The translations under genes were made by a program, and so were the position numbers. Below, one piece after another: positions 13,999 to 27,090 of a stretch of 64,000 nucleotides of DNA. The DNA lies in contig NC_042998.1 in assembly GCF_006345805.1 (NCBI RefSeq), positions 43,586,001 to 43,650,000 of the forward strand, written 5' to 3'. Positions within the stretch are counted from its first letter, which is position 1. Every line of letters begins with the position of its first letter. This DNA comes from Octopus sinensis (taxonomy: Eukaryota). A model generated the notes under the pieces. That model had not been told where the DNA came from. It saw only the letters and a list, made by a program, of their open reading frames with translations, and did not search any database.

Positions 13999-14914
13999 GC
14001 AAGAGGGAAAAAGATCATGTGCTTCTAACAGGTTTTGATCAGCTGCTATTTCTTATGTATATGTATTGCTAACTGTGCAAAGGTAAATTCTACGAATAAT
14101 TGTGTTTTATAATGAGATTTAAATTACTTTAAGGGAAAGAATGTGATTAGAAAAGTCAATATTAGATAAGACATCAAACTGGATGGCACGGGAGACTGAA
14201 TATAAAAAGCATCAATATTTAATAAAATGTTTAATTGGATGACCGAAGAAGGTAGCTATATGAAAGGAAGAGAAAGGGAAAAATTTGTATGAACGGATTT
14301 GGTGTGGGAGCTATAAGTAAATTAAAGTAAAATGAAATTGAATTAGTAATATTAAACTATAGTAGCTGATACATTTGTGAAATCTATATTACGCTTGAAA
14401 CTTTTCTGAAAGATAACTACCAGAGAGTACATCTATCTGGGAAAGTGAGTAAAATTTTTGATTTAAGTTAGTTGATACATTCGTTGAGAGCTTAAAGCTA
14501 AAATGAGATTGCGCTATAGTTAAAATAAAGGAGCGGGTATATTGGAAGATAGATACAGATTAATATGAATGCTATTAAGATTACCATATCATAGTCAGGT
14601 GCTGGTTTAAAATATTACAAGTCCGTATTTTATTACAGTTTTTTTTTTCAAAATGTATATCTATCTAAAGATTCTCTGCTAATGAATTTGGTCGACGTAA
14701 ACTTCACAGAAGCTCACTGCGTGCGTATACATACATACATACATACATACATACATACATACATACATACATACATACATACATACATACATAAATGCAT
14801 ACATATAAAAATACATACGTACGTATATATGGTAGATATACTATAATTATATATGTGCTTGTGTGTGCGTGTATACATATATGTGTGAGTGTGTACTTAT
14901 GTATGAGTGTATGA

Positions 14915-15110
14915 GTATGTGTCCTTGTGTTTACCTTACACAGCCTGACATCTGGTGTCGGTTGTTTATGTCCCCGAAATTTATTGGTTCGGTAGGATGA
15001 AACCGGTTGAATAGGTACCAGACGGAAGATAAGTACTGGAAACGATTTAATTGATTTCAATGTGTTACTTACATGACCGCCGTAACAATGATTAAAACAA
15101 GTAATAGAAA
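14915..15110 (+). mobile_element. SINE family C 3' module, old
   Basis: Degenerate match to the GGTTCGG..GATAGAATAAGTACC..CATGACCGC..AAACAAGTA tail of family C. Confidence 0.55.
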
Positions 15111-15197
15111 GACTCGGTATTTTTTTAAACAAAGAATAATCATAAAAATTTAGAATTGTAATCACAAGTTATTTTGTGGGAGATCTGATTTAGTAGT

Positions 15198-15397
15198 GGT
15201 TTTAAATTTTGGCACAAAGCCTGCAATTTCGGGGAGGGGGTTAAGTCTATTACATCGACTCCAGTGCCCAACAGGCACTTACTTTATTGATCCCGAAAAG
15301 TTGAAATGCAAAGTCATCCACGGCGCAATTTGAACGCAATACGTTAACTCGAAAGACATAGCTCTGAGCATTTCGTTCGGCGTGGTAACAACGCCTT
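15198..15397 (-). mobile_element. SINE family B
   Basis: Reverse complement of the B head, core and CTGGCCTTGTGCCAAAATTT tail. Confidence 0.75.
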
Positions 15398-15427
15398 AAG
15401 ATCTAATTTAATACTAAAACTACTAAG

Positions 15428-15639
15428 AAGGCGGTGAGCTGACAAAATCGTTAGCATGCTGAGCAAAATGCTTAGGGGCATTTCGTCCAACTTTACGTTC
15501 TCAGTTCAAATTCCGCCAACGTTGACTTTGCTTTTCATCTTTCGGAGTCGATACGACATGTACCTGTTTAGCACTGGGGTCGATGTAATATACTACTCGC
15601 TGCCCTCAAATTACTGGCCTTCTTCTAAGCTTTGAAACC
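15428..15639 (+). mobile_element. SINE family B
   Basis: AAGGCGGTGAGCTGACAAAATCGTTAGCA head, CAGTTCAAATTCC, core and TTTGAAACC tail. Confidence 0.8.
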
Positions 15640-15742
15640 AATATCAAAGATACGAGCAATTAGTTTCAAGACATCCGACTGAACTCAGAAAACTCATACA
15701 TTGCGAAAAGGGATGTAGGGAGGATTATTACGTCCCTTGTTC

Positions 15743-15790
15743 TCGTGATGGGTCTTCGTGATGGGTCTTCGTGATGGGTCTTCGTGATGA
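15743..15790. repeat. 13-bp tandem repeat (TCGTGATGGGTCT, about 3.7 copies)
   Basis: Direct inspection. Confidence 0.9.
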
Positions 15791-15890
15791 AAGAATAACG
15801 TAACATAAAATTGACTAAAAGTTTCCCTTTTCATGAGTCTTCAGCATTCTAAATATAAGTGTAGACTAGCTGGACTACACACGCACACGC

Positions 15891-15924
<34 letters not shown>

Positions 15925-16094
15925 CACACACACACACACACACACACATACACACACACACGCACGCACACACACACAAGCGCATATACATATGTGTGTA
16001 TATATATATATACGTATTCACAGACAGACAGAGTCACGTACGCACATATATACACACACACACACACACGAGCGCATATATATACACACCTTTC

Positions 16095-16136
<42 letters not shown>

Positions 16137-16191
16137 CATATATATGTGTATGTGTGTACATGTGTGTATGTATATGCACATATATATATAC

Positions 16192-16231
<40 letters not shown>

Positions 16232-16595
16232 TACATACATATATATACACAGAGAAAGAGGGGATGGAATGAGAGTGTGGGAGTGAGAGAGGAAAAAGTG
16301 AAAAATAATAGAGAGAAGGAAAGGTTGAGGAATATAGAGAGTGAAGTTACTAAAATATATTACAATGCAGGGTTTGGGGCCAAATTTTCAAATAATTTAT
16401 TTATATTATTTCTATAATACTTATTTTTGTAAACATGTACTTTAATGTTTATTTACAATGAATCGGTCCAAAAACAATATCTTAATATTTTCTCTCCGGG
16501 TTGTGTGTAAGCAGCTAATTTTCCATTACAGTTTCCACTTTGCAAAATACCAATAATTTTACTAATGTGAATAACAAAAACCTAAATATGTATGT

Positions 16596-16880
16596 GTGGA
16601 GGCACATGGTCTAGTAGTTAGAGCAGCGGACTCGCGGACGCAGGATTGCGGGTTCGAACCTCAGACAGGTCGCTGTGTGTGTTTAAGAGCGAAACACCTA
16701 AGCTCCACGTGGCCAGAGGGTAATGGCGAACTTCTGCTGACTCTTTCGACACAACTTTCTCTCACTCTTTCCTCTTGCAGCTCACCTGCGACGGACAGGC
16801 GTCCCGTCCAGGTGGGGAACCTATACGCCAAGGAAACCGGCCCTAATGAGTCAGGCATAACTCCAGAAGGAACAAACAAA
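16596..16880 (+). mobile_element. SINE family A
   Basis: GTGGAGGCACATGGTCTAGTAGTTAGAGC head, GGTTCGAACC box B and a CTGCGACGGACAGGCGTCCCGTCCAGG V-like segment. Confidence 0.8.
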
Positions 16881-17126
16881 TATCTTAGTACGGAACTGTT
16901 ATATAATTACTAATGATTTGACATTATCTGATTTTCTAGAGTCCTTCTTTTGTTGTTTGTTTTAGCTTCTATGTTATGGCATTGCATTGTTTTCTTCCAA
17001 CATAAATCCATTTCATTTTTACTGAGAGCTTTGCTATGACGCTTTACGCGAAAAATATTTCTGTCAAGGAAATAAAACGTGATTCTCTTTTTACTGTGGA
17101 TACACACACCTATATATGTGTACGTG

Positions 17127-17202
<76 letters not shown>

Positions 17203-18233
17203 CACACCACGTCACATTCTTTCTATACTTTAGAGGCCCGAAATGTCAACTGGCAAAAGGTTTCTTGTTTCTTTGTTGAGAAATTCGGAGAAGTACCTTT
17301 TCCATTCAAAGTGCAGAGATTTACGACTCCCAGAAGGTTGCCCATCACTATTATATATTCGTACGCTGTCATTTACTTTGTAAAGGCTTAGAAATATTTT
17401 ATGGCTTCGTATCGTATACCTACCCCTTATTTACTAGGTAGAAATTCTTATCGATTTTCAGAGGATTTTTTGTTTTTCATTTTCTGATAACAGCAACTAC
17501 AATGTTATGGTTAACGTCTGCTAACAAGATTAAATGAACAATAAAGATATCCTGTAATATGTGAGCCGTGAACTAAATTGAGCGTTGAAAGGTGGGTGAC
17601 TGAGGAATGTTGCGCAGGAACAGTTAATGTGGCGTAACTACGTTATGGTATGACTTCAAAAAGGCCCGAATAGAATAGAATATAGGATGAAATAAAATAC
17701 AACAATGAAATAAAGTAATAGCGGTATATATGTGTAATAAATGGTTATCATTACGCTTTTACGATATAATAATTATATATACACTTATACACACAAACAT
17801 TCAAACGTAGATGCACACATACACGCTCACACACACACACATAAACACACACACACACACACACACGGATGTATGTATATATGTATGTATGTATACATGC
17901 ATGCCTGAATGTATATACTCATTTAAAAAGTCATTCATTTTAATTTTCAATTTAATACGATAAAGTGTGTCAAAAAATGTTGAAGCATTTGGAAATAATG
18001 TCAGTGACCATTTACAACGAAGATGAAACTAAAATAAAAACAGCCATGTGCGTGTCTTAAAAGTGCATCATAACTTTTCATGATGCAGTAATTGCTTTTG
18101 TCTCAACACGCGATCTCATAGCAAGACATTTCACGAGGTTTAATAGCAGAAGTCGTAATCTGTCTCTTTCCTATCTCTCTCTCTCTCTCCCTCTCTCTCT
18201 CTCCCTCTCTCTCCCCCCTCTCTCTCTCTCTCG

Positions 18234-18302
<69 letters not shown>

Positions 18303-18464
18303 TGTATGTATGTATGTATAAAGGAATACAGAAAATGGGACAAGAACGCAAAACATCCAGACAGATGATACAAAAAATGGACAAGAAGAAACAAGGACGG
18401 GTGGTTCATTCGGAGTTTTCTTTCCTCAGTCGAGTTCCAGATTATCTTTGCAATTTCGGCTGGT

Positions 18465-18562
<98 letters not shown>

Positions 18563-18589
18563 GTGTGTGTGTGTACGTGCGTGTGTGCG

Positions 18590-18623
<34 letters not shown>

Positions 18624-20079
18624 TGATTGATGGCTAATATCTGAACATAATTTGGAATTGCGGTCTCGTTTTTTGTTTTGCATTTGATCTGCTTCATATA
18701 TGTATCATCCATTATCCTTATATAAATATTATTATTGTCATTAGCGATGAATAATATAAAGATTGAATTTGCTTACTAGTAAAAGTAAACTGTAAAATTT
18801 TACCGCGTTTTACCATGTAAACTAGAACTACTTGTTCAATGTTCGAGTGGTCGGTAACTAAACAGGCTCTTTCACTTGAGTAGCTTTCCACTCTTGTGAG
18901 TCCCAGCAGGACTGAAGAACAGCACCTGTCGAAGGACGGAAGGGGTCATTGAAGCCCAACGGCCATCTAGTTGGGGAAGCCAAATCCAAACCAACACAAT
19001 ATCTCTGTCAAGAAAACACTGTGAGAAAGTCAGAAGAAAGTAACTTTATGGCTTCATCTATTGGGAGACACGCGCTTAATCGGGAAAACTTTCGTTGTAG
19101 AGTTATCAAAAGCGCACGATACATGGTGAGGACGAATTACGACCGCCATGTATAATATAAATGACAACAACCACATATTATAACTATATTGTAACATTCA
19201 TGCAGTGCTAGATGGAAGATGTGTATGATTTTATGGATGCAGTCAAATAATTATTAAGGGATATGTTAGAGTACTAGATATCGGTGTGTTGTCTCAAAAG
19301 CGGGTATGAACTTCGTATATGAAACAGTGTTTATAATTATCCACTAACGATATAAGACGGCGAATTGGAAGGGTGTATAAACCATCTGGTAGAATACCTG
19401 GTGGTATTTGTCTTCGCTCTCTAAATTAAAATCATACTGACGTTATCTTTACCGTTTATCTTTTACGTTCGATAAATAAATTAAAAGTAAAGCACTGGGA
19501 TCGATAAAGAAATCACAAGTGCCAGGGGGTCAATAACGTTGTGTTGTGGTCACGGCAGACCACTCAGAAAATGCTTCTGCAGAAATGGGAGTGAGATGAT
19601 GGACAGTTCGATATACAGTACAGAAAAATAATCTAGGTTTCAAATTTAAATGACCTTGCATTTTATGGTAGACTGGTAGTGGTTGTGGGTATGGAGCTAC
19701 AATAAATACTAATTATACATTGAAAGCAAATATATAGACTACATCTTTCAAAAATCTACATAAAAACATAGCACAACATAACCGAATCTACAAATCATCA
19801 AAAAATACATTGTACTATTTGTATGTGTACCGTTACGGTCTGAATTCAAGTGCCGGTTCGTTAGACGTGCGCTCTATGTTTCTAAGGTGAATAAATAGAG
19901 TAACATTGACTATAATTTTAAATGCAAATCTCCGGCATGTCCGCTGGTCAATGACAAAAATCTGCAAAAGAATGAAAGAATCTGTTTTTTAACATCTAGT
20001 ACACAACTGCCAAAGCCATTCAAATGATTTTTTACAAATTGTAATATACTTCATGTCAACTTTCTTCCTCTCATAACTA

Positions 20080-20643
20080 TTGGGTTGTCCGGAAAGTTCG
20101 TGCCGATTTTTAAAGGAAAGAAAAAGGTCAATAAATACTTGTCATTACATTTTTAATCAACCAAATATGAAACATTTTGTTGCACCATGCGTCTTCATCT
20201 TTACTTTAACTTGAAAATACCCTCTTTCGAGAAATGAGGTGGTTTTATGGCAAAGAATTCATCAACGTATCTTTTTATGTCATCCAAGGAATTGAAATTT
20301 TTACCATTACAACTATTCTGCAGAGACCTGAATAAGCGTAAATCCGAAGGAGCAATATCTGGTGAATATGGAGGGTGGGGTAACACATTCCAGACGAACT
20401 GCAGCAATTTTTGTCTGGTTCCCAAAGCATCAAGTGCCGAAAATGAACTTTCTTATCTTCCATTTTAAAAGTTACAGAATTAACACAGGTTATAAGAACA
20501 TAAACCTTCTTCCACGAAAAGATGGCTTGAACTGTGCTCTAAATGGAGGTGTAGTCAAATCCTACTTTTGGACTCAACCATGTTCTAAAATAAGTCGAAA
20601 TGTAAGCTACTATAAATCAGCACGAACTTTCTGGACAACTCAA
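20080..20643 (-). mobile_element. Internally deleted mariner (564 bp, MITE-like) with both TIRs
   Basis: TA flanks; TIRs TTGGGTTGTCCGGAAAGTTCGTGCCGATTT and its near-perfect inverse. The transposase start MEDKKVHFRHLML is fused to the C-terminal WNVLPHPPYSPDIAPSD..LFRSLQN. Confidence 0.9.
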
Positions 20644-20786
20644 TATAATTTCTTAATATCACATATTAAGGAATGCTCCTGCATTTAACTGAGTAAAGGT
20701 ATGTAACTACACACGTGCTTTACGTGGACGTGTTTCCTTCTCCCTGGACCTTTCCTTTCTCCCTGGACCTTTCTTTTCTCCGCTTT

Positions 20787-20814
20787 CTGACGAAGAGCAA
20801 TTCTCGAAACGTTA
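20787..20814 (+). ncRNA. Hammerhead-ribozyme-like core (degenerate), probably a Penelope terminus relic
   Basis: CTGACGA-AGAG-CAATT-CTC-GAAACGTT has the order CUGANGA, stem II, GAAA, short palindromic helix III. Helix I pairing is weak. Confidence 0.35.
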
Positions 20815-20997
20815 TATATCCCCTCTTGTTTCTACTTTAAACTGAACGTCATTCTAATACAATCTCTATGTATGTTCTTTTAACTTTTGTTTTTATTCTG
20901 ATTTTGATTTACCTATACACACAGACACACACACACACACGCACACACACACACGCACACACACACACACAAATACACACACACACACACATACACA

Positions 20998-21395
20998 CAG
21001 GAATAGCAGTGTGGTAACAAGCTTGCTTCTCAACCACATGATTCCGGGTTCAGTTCCACTGCGTGGCACCTTGGGCAAGTGCCTTCTACTATTGCCTCGG
21101 GCCGACCAAAGCCTCGTGAGTGAATGTGATTGATGGAAACTGAAAGAAGCCCGTCGTATATATACATATGTATATGAATTTTGTATTTGTGTGTCTGTGT
21201 TTGTCCCACCACCATCGTGTGACAACAGATGTTGGTGTGTTTACATCCCCGTATCTTAGTGGTTCGGCAAAGAGATCGATAGAATAAGTACAAGGCTTAC
21301 AAAGAATATGTCGTTGGGTCGATTTGTTCGACAAAAGGTTGTTTTCCAGCATGGCCGCAGTCAAATGACTGAAACAAGTAAATGAATAAAAGAGT
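20998..21395 (+). mobile_element. SINE family C, full length (CORE-like head, microsatellite linker, 3' module)
   Basis: GTGTGGTAACAAGCTTGC head, GGGTTCAGTTCC, GCACCTTGGGCAAGTG..CTACTATTGCCTC (CORE-like) and tail CAGCATGGCCGCAGTCAAATGACTGAAACAAGTAAA. Confidence 0.9.
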
Positions 21396-21424
21396 ACACA
21401 CACATGTATATATATGTATATATA

Positions 21425-21455
<31 letters not shown>

Positions 21456-22036
21456 TTGTATACATACAAGCACACACACACATATATATATATATGTACA
21501 TATACACTTGTATGTGTATGTATGTGTATACACAAACATACATATACGCACATACGAACACACGTGCACACACATGCGCGTGCAATGTTAAGCAAGCCAA
21601 TACACAAACGAAACATTACAGCGACTCGACGAAGTTATATTTCTATATTACATTTTTTTCGACTCATGAAATACTTCGTGAAGGAACGGAAGATTTTAAA
21701 ATACTCATAACTACCATCAATACGCACAATATCAGCTTATTACCAAATTTATCGTTTCCAAAAATCATTGCTATTGGCACAAATATCTTTGCTAAGATGA
21801 CTAAAATGTGTATAACTGACGCCACCTTGATCGTAAAACCTAATAACAGTTTACACATTTTGTTGAACCGTTGCATAAGCAATATTATCAATACATTACA
21901 GTAAATAAGACATCAGGAGACTGAAATAGAGATGGGGTAAAATCCAGAATTTAAGGAAACTGATGATTGTGCTTGTAATAATTATGTGATGCCAGAGTTC
22001 ATAGAAAAAAATTGACGAGTGAAACAGCTTCAAGGT

Positions 22037-22133
22037 CTGTTATATTGCAATACTACACAGTGGCTGTGTGTGCTACGAAATCCTCGTCGCCACTGTTATA
22101 TCGCAATACTACACAGTGGCAATACTACACAGT
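22037..22133. repeat. Short interspersed direct repeats (GCAATACTACACAGT x3)
   Basis: Copies at 22047, 22103 and 22119. The first two share a longer 28-bp unit. Confidence 0.85.
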
Positions 22134-23084
22134 TATGTCGCACGTTCGGATGACCTCTACTCAACTCTCTCCTCTATATCTACGTATTGGACTAGTCTAC
22201 TTAATCGTCTGAGGGCGTCCACACAACAAGGTCACAGCAATTAACTTTACCATAATCTTCGAAGATCTCTCCTGCGATTTGATTGCATATTCCCAGAAGT
22301 GTATAAAAAAAAACTCTCTTGGATAAGGTCAAATTTCACTGTATCTACACAGACACACACAAGGGTCGATGTTCGTCAGCCTTAAAATATCGTCGTTATT
22401 TTTCAACGAATCTTTTCCAAAATTTGCTCGTAACTCCAAAATTATCTTTGGATAAAGAATGGAAAAGATCCCAAGATCGTATGCCGAGTCCCACTGGGGA
22501 TGAAATTGAGACGATTTAATAAAAGTGATGTAGGAATATTAATAATTGTCATGGAGTGGTAGCAGACTGCGTTAGTATGAGGTACAGTAACGTTGTCAGT
22601 TTATAACGTCAAGCTGTTCACTTTTCTACTTATTTTCTTTAAATTGCAAAAGTTTCAATTTTCCTTTAGCTCTCTCCTCTCCCGTTCCCCCATCTCTCTC
22701 CCCCCCCCTCTCTCTCTCTATTTATCTCTCTCCCTCACTGTAATTCTTTCCGTCTCTTGTCACTTTCTCACGCACACACAACAAACGTTTCCCTCTCATC
22801 TGTTTCAGATGACAATATATAACAAACAGTGTGTATTGGAACACTACAGTTACTGAAACTTTTCATTTAAAAGTCATGTGCTCGAAAAGTTACAACGAAT
22901 TTTCAAATTCTACGACGAAAATAAAATATAATTCATTCTTTCAATGGTTTTGCATATAACTTTGCCTACACTTATAAAACATTGAAGTATTTTGCACTAC
23001 GAAGCGGGCTGTTAACCTTTGCATATAACGTCTCAGATTTTATACACATACACATACACACACAAAAACACATACATATGTATA

Positions 23085-23740
23085 TGAGGGCATACCCAAA
23101 ATTAACCGAAAATTTCTCTATGGGACAAGCCCGTTGTATTTCAGGCTTCAGCCGCAAGAAGCCACTTGATGCAACCCTCAGGCATCAGTATGCCGACCGG
23201 CGTCGTCGAGTGCAGTCGTACTACAACGTGGTGTGTCTTTGTTTTGCAATGCTTCTTCCCTGTTCGTCGAGTTTTGTGATGGCTGGAATAAAGGAACAGC
23301 GTGCTTCCGTGAAATTGTTTTCTGCTGGGGAAAATGTCGGCCGAAACAGCTGTAATCTTTGAAACAGCTTACAAAGACGAGTGGTTTTCCCGCTTTAAGA
23401 ATGGTTACTTGTCACTTGAAGACCGACCTCATTCAGGGCATCCGTCAAACTACCGAACGAATGAAAACACCATGAAAATTCATGAACTGATCTTGGAGGG
23501 CCATCAGCGAACAAATAACGAATTTGTTTATATGACTGGTGTGTCCTGAGGCTCTTGCCAACAAACTTTGAACGAAGAATTGCGAATGAAAAAAGTTGCA
23601 GTAAAAATTGTGCCTCGCTTGCTCATGGAAGTTCAAAAGCAGTCACAACTGAATGCGTGTCGTCAACTGAAAGAACAGTTGGAAATTGATCCGGATCTTT
23701 TTTCGAAGGTCATCACTGGTGACGAAAGCTGGATCGAGGG
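23085..23740 (+). mobile_element. Mariner relic, 5' half
   Basis: TA followed by TIR-like TGAGGGCATACCC. Frames give MAGIKEQRASVK, WFSRFKNG..LEDRPHSGHPS, IVPRLL and VITGDESW; the copy ends just after the first catalytic D. Confidence 0.85.
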
Positions 23741-23940
23741 TTTTTTTGAAGTGACTTAAAAGTTGGGAATGTGCTTGAAAGATCTTACAAAAAACAAGCA
23801 CAAAAAATAATAATAATAACGCGAGGACGTGGTACATGTAAAGTATTAGCAGACGCTCAGGGAAGGAAAGATGATTTAACATTTCGAGCAGCGGTCTTCT
23901 TCAGAAACAAGGAAAGTCACAAAGAAAGGAGGAGGGGAAA

Positions 23941-24007
<67 letters not shown>

Positions 24008-24975
24008 ATATACTCCCGGAACAATGTGGTTGTTAAGCAAGCTACTTACCACACAGCCACTCCTGCGCGCACGCGCACGTGTGTGCATAAGTGTATTATA
24101 ACTATCAGATCTTGTTAAATAACTTACTATACTTGATTGTGAATCCTTTTATTCAAAATCGTTTGTATTTGCCTAAAACCTGAAATTATTTGAAAGAGTA
24201 TGTCAACACGACAGCATAGTGGCTTAAAGTTAACAGCAACATCTGTGCAGAATAAAAAATGGACATGAAAAATTGACCGTAGACGATATAGAAAAAAGCA
24301 AAAAAATTTTAAAGTACATTTTCCTTTGAGTTACGAATTCAAATAATTTGATAAATGATATTTAATCAAAATCGAGAATAAAGTCCTCTGTGTTGGCTAC
24401 ATGAATGAAAATATTCACGAACAAATTTTGCTGAAAGCTAAATTATCATTTTATAACAAAACATTCACAGCAATAAGCAACATTCGTGTAACATTAAAGG
24501 TTTGAAATTATGATTGCAATTTTGTTAGCACGATTGAGAACAACATAGAAATGTTATTAACAAAAATGTGAGCAGTATAAATCATTCAGTGTGTCATTTT
24601 CATATTGCTTTTACTGTTTGACTCAGATGTTGATGCTACCATATCTTCGTCATGTTGCTGTGTAGAAATATTCTGTAAAATAAATTCAAGTTTCAGACGA
24701 ATACCAACGATTTCCAATAAACGAACATATCCTTTCAAATGAGATGCCGAAACCAGGTGTGACAAAAGAAAACACTCCGACAGTTGTTAAGTTGCCGCTC
24801 AGTATATGTGTCAAACCGTAGCGACACTCAAGATAACATGTACAGTATGAAATAGTGGAATAGGGTAGCTAGTATAGAGTACAAACAAATAATCTTTCCT
24901 CTCTCTCCTCTCTTCTCTCTCTCTCTCCTCTCTCTCTCTCTATGTATGTATTATGTATATATGTATATATATATG

Positions 24976-25042
<67 letters not shown>

Positions 25043-25059
25043 ATAATATAATATATATA

Positions 25060-25113
<54 letters not shown>

Positions 25114-25205
25114 ATACCCACCACACACCAGATATATATATATATATATATAGATATATATATATATATATAATATATATATATATATATTATATATTAT
25201 CTAAT

Positions 25206-25600
25206 GTAGGATAAAATTTTTTTCGAAAAAAATTCTTTTCCCCCAAAATTTTATCAATGGCCAGCATATTAAAAAATACCTTTAAAGGTTAAATTCATAA
25301 ACAATTCATAAATAAGGGCAAACGAAAAAATTTTCAATGCCAAATATGCCGAAAAGTTGGAAATATTGTCCATTAACCATTAATTTTTTCACAATCCGCA
25401 CGCACTCTACTCGAAAAAGGTCGACAGAAATTTCTAAAAAATTCCATTATTACCATATCGGAGGACCGATTCAGGGTTAGCTTATAACAGCCCTCCCTTC
25501 GTCAGTGATACATGTGGCAAAAGAAATAAATGAGATACTTACTCATACCCATGGAAGAAGCAAACACTAAGTCATGAGCACAATTATTTATGAATTGTAT
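25206..25600 (-). mobile_element. Probable Penelope-like 3' terminal fragment with a hammerhead-like core at 25464-25505
   Basis: Minus strand CTGACGA-AGGG...CCCT-GAATCGGTC; the block sits between (TA)n arrays. No clear ORF homology. Confidence 0.4.
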
Positions 25601-25622
25601 ATATATATATATATATATTATT

Positions 25623-26216
25623 TTAAATTAGAGATAAAACTACTATTAGGCAAATCAAACAGTGAAAATCATAAGCCAATACATAGAAATAAAATTAATT
25701 AAAAAATATAAAAAATATAAAATATAAAATATAAAAATCCAATTAAAATATTTAAAAAGTATTAAAAGTTTAATATAAGATAAAGAGTAAAAACACTACG
25801 ATCGTTTCATGCCCGTGACCAATTCGAATAACAATAATAATAATTTAAATTCAATTAATAATTCGAATTATGGTTACAGTCAATCTTCAGGTTAATTGTA
25901 ATATTTTAATAAATAATCAGAAATATTTAAACAATATTTTTTAAGAAATAAATAATATAATAAATTTTTTAAAGAAATAAATAATATAATAAATTTCTTA
26001 AATTATTATTATTGTTATTCGAATTGGTTACGGGCATGAAACGATCGTAGTGTTTTTACTCTTTATCTTATATTAAACTTTTAATACTTTTTAAATATTT
26101 TAGTTGGATTTTTATATTTTATATTTTTTTTATTTTTTAATTAATTTTATTTCTATGTATTGGCTTATGATTTTCACTGTTTGATTTGCCTAATAGTGGT
26201 TTTATCTCTAATTTAA
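25623..26216. repeat. Long inverted repeat (foldback): arms 25623-25848 and 25998-26216, 149-bp spacer
   Basis: The arms are reverse complements with only a few substitutions and A-run length differences, e.g. CACTACGATCGTTTCATGCCCG / CGGGCATGAAACGATCGTAGTG. Confidence 0.95.
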
Positions 26217-26568
26217 TATAATATATATTTATACTATAAAATTAGATTTAATCCTAAATCTAATTTTTCCCTGTAAGTTTGGATTTACTCCCTAATATTT
26301 TATTATATATATATATATGTATAGCAATAATAAATCTCTGAGCGAGATGTAAACAGTAGCAGCACGACATCGTGAAGTATATTTGACACCTAAATGTGGC
26401 TAACACACATGGCACGATGCTACTGTAGTTTATAGCCCCATGAAGACATCAGACATCTCCTACAGCTGGCTAATGATATACTGTCTGTGCTCGATCAGTA
26501 TTTGCGATTTGCGAAGGAAATCATCGATTCCATCTCTAGCCTGACGTGATAAACATAGACCCGGGTTT

Positions 26569-26619
<51 letters not shown>

Positions 26620-27021
26620 AATAATATAAATAATATATAAATATATACTTATATACATACATATATGTACATACCTACATATATGTATATATACATGCAT
26701 ATCTGGGTACAGGACATTAAAACAACGTTGAACACAATGAGAAACGAAAACATAAAAACAAAAACAGAAAACGAACTTTTTTCGAACAAGGAAAAAAAAC
26801 AGAGATACGAGACATGCAACATAAAAAATATTCCCCTTCATCAGTTGTCCCTGTTTCATCTACTCCGCGACGAAGGCAAGGACAATACACGACTCCGTTG
26901 AAACAGTCCTTCCCGCAAAGCAAATTAAATAAAATTTGGAATTGGAATCATGCCTCTGGAGCCGTTAACCTGGGATGACGCCAGCCCCATCGAGCAGGAG
27001 GAGAGCGATCGAGTAAAGAGG

Positions 27022-27079
<58 letters not shown>

Positions 27080-27090
27080 AAGTGAGAGAG

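Noticed and set aside
14160-14310. NWM..GRER..V.TD, like an RTE C-terminus
   Set aside because: Too degraded to support as a feature.
18949-19155. SSIGRHALN..FRCRVIKSA, weakly like a Penelope GIY-YIG tail
   Set aside because: The similarity is too short and has no supporting neighbouring motifs.
22037-22133. CRISPR-like repeat-spacer look
   Set aside because: There are only two full repeats in a eukaryotic context, with no cas genes.
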